A stretch of 63,617 nt of DNA, filler included, from Kipferlia bialata (taxonomy: Eukaryota): the NCBI GenBank assembly GCA_003568945.1. It is 7 parts of 7 records of this genome, joined end to end, with 100 filler letters (N's around TTAATTAATTAA, not from the genome) between each part and the next. Parts side by side here need not be neighbours in the genome. Positions count along the whole stretch, not along the records: positions 55,218 to 61,232 come from BDIP01001358.1; positions 61,333 to 63,617 come from BDIP01001369.1; 5 more parts are not named here. One strand, 5' to 3'. Below, piece by piece: positions 55,973-63,617 of this stretch. Position 1 is the first letter of the stretch, and the number at the start of each line of letters is the position of its first letter. The position numbers and the translations under genes were made by a program. The notes under the pieces are model-generated. The model was not told the DNA's origin, did no database searches, and saw only the letters and a list, made by a program, of their open reading frames with translations.

Positions 55973-56432
55973 GTCGTCTCAACGGAGCTGCTGCGTCTCA
56001 TATAGACCCCTGTACTCCAGGGGTAGGGGAATGAGTCCAACTCTGTACGTGTTAAGTGTGAGAGATACCGCGTAGGTCTAGTTACGACTCCAGAGGTGCA
56101 GAGACTGTGTTACCTCCCAATCTGCTAGCGATACGCGTACCTTCTATATATATGCTGTGCACTTGACAGAAGACTCAGACAATAGTCCGGTTCTTTGATC
56201 CCACTTCAGTTCTGATCACCCGTTCGGAGATTGCTCAGACTTTTCACTGAATAGTTTTCAGTAGCTAGTATTGGGTAACCCAATGGGGTAGCATGCTGCT
56301 TGTCAGATATCACTCGTGTAGTGAGGTGTGAGATCTGATTGTTTGCATTGTCATTTTTGTGTTACATATATGATTCTTATTCAACGTGTTCGGCGTATGT
56401 CAGTGGACGTCCCAATATAACTAAGGTATCGC

Positions 56433-56987
56433 TCTTCAGCCGGAATAGAATATCGATACATATTGGTGGGTCCTGACAGGACTCCGGTGCTTCAAATTCA
56501 ACTAGATTCAAAGTACTGCTTGTATATATGATATACTCTATTGGTGGCCGTGCTGTTCGCGCCTCTTGTTGCTCTGGTATGCTAGTGTTCCTCCGAGAGC
56601 TAGCGCAATCCATGCTAGGCCTAAACCAAGGAGGGCTCCATCCATATCTCCGAAGAGCCCCGTACGTCTAGGCAGATGCTCCTCCACGTAATGGTTGTAT
56701 AGCTGCTCAAACTCTTAAGCCGGAGTAGAATAGCGATACACTTGGGTGGGTGCTGTCATTCAAGTGCATCTAACTATGCTTCAAAGTACTGCTGGTATAA
56801 ACATAACATCTGATAAACTCTATTGGTGGCCGTGCTAGTCGCGGCGCCTCTTGTTGCTCTGGTACTGTGCTAGTCCTTCGAGAAATGCCACAATCCCTCC
56901 CATACCAAATTCCATACTTCTTCTAAGCCTAGCGGGTCTGGTCAGATGCTCCTCCACTAATTGACTATATAGTTGGTCGAACTCTTC
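56433..56987. repeat. Diverged tandem duplication (~280-bp unit) of a gene 3' end plus UTR
   Basis: 56535-56716 aligns with 56817-56987 (actctattggtggccgtgct...cctcttgttgctctggta...cagatgctcctccac...aactctt). 56433-56530 aligns with 56713-56810. Confidence 0.85.
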
Positions 56988-58946
56988 CTGTGTGTCGGAC
57001 TGAACATCTGCACACCGTCTCAGATGGTCGTGTGTCAGGGTACCACAGGCCTTATGGTACCTACAATCCTCCATCACAGCATCAACTAGGGCTTCCTGTT
57101 CCCGTTCCTTCCTCTCTGCCTCCGCCCTCGCATGACGCTCTCTCTCTCTTCTTTGGGCTTCACGCGCCTGCTCTTGCTGGCGTCTTATCCTCTCAGCCTC
57201 TCTCCTCTTAGCCTCCTCCCTCTCCCGGAGTGCCTTCTCCTGCCTCTCCCTCTCTCTCTGACGCTTCTCCAGCTGCGCCTGTCTCTCTGCCTCTCTCTGC
57301 CTCTCCAAATTCCTCTGGATCTCTAGCTCTTGTTGCCTCTTTCGCTCCACCAACTGGGCCTCTCTCTCACTCTCCTTCTGCCTCTCCAATCTCCTCTGGA
57401 TTTCCAGGTCTTCTTGCCTCTTTCCCTGAACCAGCTGGGCTAGTCTCTCTCTCTCCTTCTCCAAATGCATCTGCACTTCTAGCTGTTGTTGCCTCTGCTC
57501 CCTCTTTCGCTCCTCCTCCATCTCACTCTGTGTCTTGCGTGCAACCGCACTGTGAGACTCTCTCTGCTTCTCCTTCTCCCTGTTCAACTGTCTGCTGAGA
57601 AGCTCTTTCACCTCCTTCCACTCAGGGTATGTCCCGGTCCCCTTCTCTCTCTTGTCCATGGCGCTGTACAGTATCAGTGATGTGCCGCTCCTCTTCTGAA
57701 TCTTTGGCAGACTTCTTCATGGCAGGTTAGATCCAAGAGTCAACGGTCAGTTGGAAGATGGTCTCCTCCCAGTTAATGGGAACCAGTTCGAAGTCTCTTT
57801 TGGTGAGCATGTCCAACATCCTGAGGGTGAGAGAGAGAGATACACCATGATGTATGTGCGCGGATATTAGAGTGAGAACAGGTGCCATGGGAAAGCGAAA
57901 TACTTGATGATGTGTTTGACTCTGGAGGATACCCACGGCTCCCTAGTCCCAGCGTAATTGAAGGAAAGAGCGAGCGAGGGAGAGAGAGATACCTGATGCA
58001 CATATCCTTGTGCTCGACATCTGCCAACGCCTCCTGATACCGCAGTATCCAGCTCAGAAACTGTCTCTGCTCCTGCACACTCTCGATTGGGATAGGAAGG
58101 AGGTCCATCACACTGAAATTAGGACTCAGAGAGACGAGATACAACATCAGCAAGTCGTTCAATCATATATCGTCAATCATCAGTAACATGAGAGACAGAA
58201 CAAAGGACACATCATGTGTCACATCACCATACACTGGTGAGAGACATGTCACCATTATCGGATACTACTAGACACACTTATGTACAGAGAGGGAGAGGGG
58301 CTCTAAATATGTCTACGTACCACTGTTTGGTCAGATCCCCCACTGTGAACACGTCGACTCCTAACTCCTCAGAGAGGGTGGAGAACATACTCCTGGGGTT
58401 AGGGAGAGTGGGATATGGATACTATATATAAATACGAATGCAGATCTGGTCAAGCGCATGTACTGATATACACAGACCTCCGCCCCACCTTGCCGTCTCC
58501 ACCATCTCTCTCTTGCCAGGCCTCTCCCACCTGTGCCTCAGCATCCAGTCCTCGTCCTCCATCTCCACTCTCTCCTCCATCAGACCCCCCCAGGACCCAA
58601 AGCCCCGATAGGTGCCATGTCCAACCACGTGGGGGGTCCCGCAGTACAAGGCCCAGAGGAGAGCGAGGGTACCGGGGATGTGGCGGGGGAGGTCGGGAAC
58701 ATCCTGATGTTACACCACATGAGGCTAGCTAGAAACACACCAGTAGCCACGTACCTCGTACATGGAACCCCCTGCAGCATCCCCTGGGACATCTTCTGTC
58801 CTGATTGGTTGTTTTGGCACTGGCAGAGATCCGATAATTGCACAACCCTCATCCTGTGGTGAGATGATCTCACTGAGATCTGGCGACGCTAACCACCAAT
58901 AACACGCAATATATTCACAATAATCCCCCGTACCGCCGTATGGCAT
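56835..58946 (-). CDS. Hypothetical coiled-coil protein with ~27-aa E/R/Q repeats
   Basis: ATG at 58946, then several exons, then a long terminal exon (~57821-56835) with repeats AQLVQGKRQEDLEIQRRLERQ / AQLVERKRQQELEIQRNLERQ. Confidence 0.7.
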
Positions 58947-59411
58947 CTCGCTGACATATCACACACAAAAGAGTGTGGACCTTGAGTCTCTTTTTGGCCT
59001 AGCGCACTCCTACACCCTCAATTTGTGTTGTGACTTTAGGCAAATTTTTTTAGCGTATCCACAACATATATATTACATTATTTCAGTGCTTGTCCACACT
59101 ATTCAATGGACTCTGCGCCCTCGAGCTAATTAATCTAAACATATTCACCTGATCTGGACATTACAATGCTTAGTGGATTGGTGAATCAGAGTCTGATTAT
59201 CAGACAATGAGTATAATATAATAACTCTGTCAGAAGACAGTGACACGGGTGTGATGCTATATTCTTCTCTGTGTTTCAGGGAGAGACCTATATATATATA
59301 CAACATCTCTATATAGAACCGTCCAAGGTGTACTGTGTAATGAAAGTAAAAATGAAGTCCTCTAGAGAACTAGGGCTAGTAATTAACTGTTTGTAACACC
59401 ACAGACGAGCA

Positions 59412-60752
59412 CTAAACTCTGCATGCATGCATACTCATATGCACACATAGTGCTGCCCCTTGGGTGTGGCTATCAGACCGTCCAGGTCTCCCTCGCTGTC
59501 ACTCTCTGCCCCACCCTCGGAGCTCTTACGCACATGGGCATAGAGACTACTGTCATGCTTCATGACATAGTTGCGACTGGCAGTTAGACATGACTATAGA
59601 GAAGGAGAGAGAGGGACTATTACATACCTCAGGGTGCCCTCACTCCACACCGTGACGTTGTCTATCTGCACACCGTGGGGCATGCGGCACAGGCCCTGGG
59701 ACATGTGGCGGACAGAGTGGCGCCCAGTGACCTGGGATGAGTGGTATGCATGGGAGGAGAAGAGAGTAATGGGCTACTGAGCATTATAAACTGACTCATG
59801 ATAGGGTATTGCAATCCGGTATTTACCAATGTAATATATGTATATGCATTCCATACCGTGTCAAACAGTATCACCACGCCGTGTCTCTTGAACAGGGCCA
59901 CATTGGTGCCGTAGACCTAGGGTCAGCACCACTCTGCGCTATATATATATATAAATATACATATATATACATAGATATACATATATATATACATGTTGCA
60001 AGACAATGACATGAGAAGACAATGGCATTAGTATATAGACGTAGCACTACACTCCCTGAAAAGACTACTCCCAGATATAAGCACATTGATATAGCAATCC
60101 TCACCTGTGTGTCCCACACCCCCTCTGAACTGAACTTGGTCTTGGTGGTGCGCCACTTGCCACCTGGGGTGAGACTAAACATTCAATCACACATACATAT
60201 ATATAGACATATATGTATATATCTCTATATAACCCATAGGAGCAGTAACAGCTAGTCAGAGTACATACCTAGGGAGTAGGTGTGGTGGCTCCTGCCGCTG
60301 AAGTAGTGGACGACATCCTTGATCACCACAAACCTGGGGGTCAGAGAGATGAACACATGAGTAGAAAGGACCATCATAACACCACGCTGAGGGATAATGG
60401 TCAGATGTTCGGGCAAGCATATCTATATCTGCAATTATTGTATGTGTATGATAGCGGTACCTGTCACACCCGTGCCACATGTGTGGGGTAGTGCACACAC
60501 CCACTATCCAGCAGCCAGAGCGGGGGTCAAACACGTCCATCCTGCACTTAGTGGATATAGAACCATATACAAGACTATTCATTGTGCCCGATGGCAATCA
60601 TTGTTCCATTGAATCCTAACACCAATTGTTACGCATACATGTATATATGAGCACAAAATTATATATATATAGATATATAAAAGCATATGTGTCTCACCTC
60701 CCACAGCTGTCTCCGTCTATGCCCTCTCCCCCGACGGCACAGAGCTTGCCCT
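59412..60752 (-). CDS. Kelch-like repeat protein (5' part uncertain)
   Basis: Exons GKLCAVGGEG, FVVIKDVVHYFSGRSHHTYSL, GGKWRT and VYGTNVALFKRHGVVILFDT; stop at about 59412. Confidence 0.5.
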
Positions 60753-61188
60753 GTGATAAGCGAAGGTACATGAACACTCAAATATTCTATGGTTATATAC
60801 CGAGTATATACTGAGTATTACTATACACTGAGTATATACTATATATTATACATACATATATATATAATACGCAGTACTGACACTCCATTATACCTAATAA
60901 CTCTTCTCAACGTAGAGTCTAATACAGCATACACACAATTGATATTGTGTTACTTGTTGCGATTATGGAACACACCAGTGACATCAGTAAGGCCATACCT
61001 TCAGACAGAAGAGATGGGGCTTATATCTAGCCGCAGGGGAACCAATTGACCAACTTGGATACCTGGTATCAGATCAACTAACTTACTAACTAGCTAGAGG
61101 GAGTGGGTTGATGACTGAGAAGAACACATGGAAGAGAGGGGTAGTGTTATACGGAAGCAGAGAGCGATGGTCTCTGGAGGGAGGGGGG

Positions 61189-61224
<36 letters not shown>

Positions 61225-61332
61225 GGTATGTTNNNNNNNNNNNNNNNNNNNNNNNNNNNNNNNNNNNNNNNNNNNNTTAATTAATTAANNNNNNNNNNNN
61301 NNNNNNNNNNNNNNNNNNNNNNNNNNNNNNNN

Positions 61333-62678
61333 GGATGATGGGCTGGTACTGGTTGAACGTGGGGGGGGGGGGGGGGGGGGGAAGGGAGACTTAATAAATG
61401 GATGTACCTGGTACGGCACACGGCTCCGAGGGTGTCGAAGGCATCGAAGAACTTGATGCAGCGCCTCATGTATCTCTTCATCTCAAAGACGGAGGACCAG
61501 GGCTGGAAGGCAAAGGTGGTCTGCCACATGTACCAGAAGTTGGTCTTGTAGAAGTGCTCGTGGCCACTGGGGGTGAGGGAGGGGTAATACGGATAAAGAG
61601 AGGAGGGCCATAGGAAGAGAATATGATGGGGGTCGAATACATGAAGTCACAATGAACACGCCCTGTCTACCGACATATATCAAATGAACAACAGAGGCTG
61701 ATTGAGAGACAGAAAGAGAGGGGGGACACCAACACATGGCGTACCCGAAGTAGTCATCGATGGAGACGTTGTCGAGGCTCTCGTAGGAGGCCAGGCTGAG
61801 CTTGCCGAGGAGGAGGCGGCATGTGTTGCAGAGACCCATGTCTGAGGCCTTCATGATGTTCCTGTCGATGTCGACAAGGCGGGCCTTGCCCTTGGTGGGG
61901 TGGGCAGTGTCAAAGTCCCAGATCTCCTGACAGTCAGAGACAGGATATACAGCTACACATGCAGTCAACACCTCAGATATACTCCAACACCCTTACCTCA
62001 AGACAGGACTGTCCGAGCACGTCAATGCTTGGGATGTCTCCCAGCAGATCCCACATGTTCTCGTACAGGTCCTTGTTGAGCATACGGCCTCCACGGCACA
62101 CAAAGCCCTGGGGTCAGGGTGAACTGCTCTTATCTTCGACACAACCCCAGTTCCGGGAATATATAACAACAACAGTACAATTCCACCACCGCACCCACCT
62201 CACGGTCTGTGCCGGATCCATCGTTGGCACCTCCAAGGATGGACTCTCCCTCAAGGATGTGGATGTTTTCTCCACGGAAGCCACAGTCACGGATGAGGAA
62301 GGCAGCGCCAGACATGGAGCCAAGACTGTGGTAAGGACAAGCAGGGAACTCTGAATCTGTGACCAGCCTCGCCCAAATGGGAATCGGTGTTGTAAATGTA
62401 TGCCACATTATACGATATGTAATATTGACGCACCCTCCACCAACGAAGTAGGCATGGCGCTCCTCAGCAGGTCCATCCCACTTCCACACAGCCTTGGTGC
62501 CCTTGTTGACAGCCTTCTGGCACACCTTGGCTCCGTAGACAGCGGCGCCAGCAAGGGCAGCTCCTAAAAGTTAGAAAAACTCGACATCACCCTCATAAAG
62601 AAGACAATAAAGTGATATACGTGCATAGCCGGGTCCGAATATGATGGCACCTGTGAGTACAGTCTTTGCGAAACTCAT
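61333..62678 (-). CDS. ohyA: Oleate hydratase (myosin-cross-reactive antigen family, FAD-dependent), 3'-truncated at contig end
   Basis: Spliced: MSFAKTVLTGAIIFGP...[33 protein letters not shown]...LGGANDG...GFVCRGGRML...YENMWDLLGDIPS...KARLVD...TNFWYMWQTTFAFQPWSSVFEMKRYM...RFNQY. These are MCRA family signatures. Confidence 0.92.
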
Positions 62679-62982
62679 TTGCTCGACTTAAAAAGGTATC
62701 ACCGCAGGCTTGCGACAAACCAGGAATCTCTGACCGTCGGATAAACCCCTCGCATTTCCAGTACAGTAGTTTTTGCATGCTATTCATTTCAGTACAGTAA
62801 GACCAAGAGACTGCGTGTAGCAAGGGTACATTACAACAAGGCAAAGTTGTACTCATGGTGACAACACCTCCCCTCTAACGATACCCTACCCGTCCAGATT
62901 TACTGGCTTGTCAGCAGAAAAAGACACACAATGGAAACACACGAAGAAGGAAACAACACGCTGAGCCAGTCATAAGGACACA

Positions 62983-63617
62983 CTAAGAGTCGGTGAGGCA
63001 TATCGGATCCATTATCACACGTCGATGGGTATTGTCACAACGTAGGTTGTGGCTCCCTGGAAGAATGCCTGACGTCAGAGAGAGAGAGAGGCAGGCAGCT
63101 AATACTGGATGAGAGTTCCCCACCTGGGCCTGGTCGTATCCGAAGAAGCCTCCGTCTATGGCAAAGGTAGGTGCATGCCCAGTGGTGAAGTCTGTGACAA
63201 AGGGTGCAACACCGAGGGCACCCAGCATAGTCAGAAGCTGGAGGGACTGAGGGTAAGGGTAAGGGGGGGGGGGGGTATATGATATGCACTAATATGCGAG
63301 TATCCTCAAAGTACCTGTGGGCTATCCACTGCCACGGGTCCATACTCTGACGACACCTCCCAAGCTGTGGAGTTGTACATGGAGGCAGTCCAGGATAGCA
63401 CGGTCTCATTACCCTGTGGGTCAATACATAGGTTCATATACGGCACTACACTACATACATATATGAAAGTACTCGATAATAACACGTACGTATGAGTGGA
63501 GCCTCTGCCACACTCTAGGAGTCATAGCTAGGCCATAGGACACCCCCAGCTCAAAGACCTCAGTGTCATAGACATCAGAGGCAGGGTCGCTGTTGACAGA
63601 CACATCAACAGTGCCTA
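62983..63617 (-). CDS. 3' part of a multi-exon hypothetical protein
   Basis: Exons GNETVLSWTASMYNSTAWEVSSEYGPVAVDSPQ and MLGALGVAPFVTDFTTGHAPTFAIDGGFFGYDQAQ with GT-AG boundaries. The exact stop is uncertain. Confidence 0.5.

Larger units (their letters stand above)
1..63617. other. Fused branch-point/3' splice-site intron consensus (CTVAC-N3/4-YAG)
   Basis: Recurs at most acceptors on both strands: ctcacccccag, ctgaccccag, ctaaccccag and cttacccccag (minus-strand genes show ctggggtgag / ctaagggttag on +). Donors are GTatgt/GTgagt/GTacgt. Confidence 0.85.

Noticed and set aside
10956..61332. Regularly spaced palindromic TTAATTAATTAA elements, and gene clustering across them
   Set aside because: These are artificial 100-bp spacers joining length-sorted contigs, so neighbourhoods across them carry no biological meaning.
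61359..61407. Apparent non-canonical GT-AC intron in the oleate hydratase gene
   Set aside because: It is adjacent to a long G homopolymer at a contig end and is most likely a base-call error for AG.
1..63617. Alternative genetic code (TAA/TAG read as Gln, as in hexamitid diplomonads)
   Set aside because: The conserved exons I translated have no in-frame TAA/TAG, and genes end in TAA, TAG and TGA.

Overview
This is eukaryotic, very intron-rich DNA, so the six-frame ORF track is mostly misleading. Introns are GT-AG with a branch point fused to the acceptor (CTVAC-N3/4-YAG), and (TA)n/(GA)n microsatellites are abundant. By inference this best fits a free-living fornicate/metamonad such as Kipferlia. 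The window is 7 unrelated contigs joined by artificial 100-bp N44-TTAATTAATTAA-N44 spacers. Manual splicing recovers about 15 genes: a Cys-rich, probably GPI-anchored surface protein with a (DDDL)n stalk; a ComEC/Rec2-like metallo-beta-lactamase-fold protein; a CCA tRNA nucleotidyltransferase; a very large, possibly axonemal CFAP46/54-like protein; a secreted BNR/Asp-box propeller; a giant-virus-like GIY-YIG/zinc-knuckle nuclease; two Kelch-like proteins; a bacterial-type oleate hydratase; and several hypotheticals. The most striking observation is 'exon echoes'. Many introns hold 1-3 partial copies of the adjacent exon with the splice site attached and a consistent polarity, and these often differ from the real exon only at synonymous positions. 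Exon boundaries were read by eye and may be off by a few bases.
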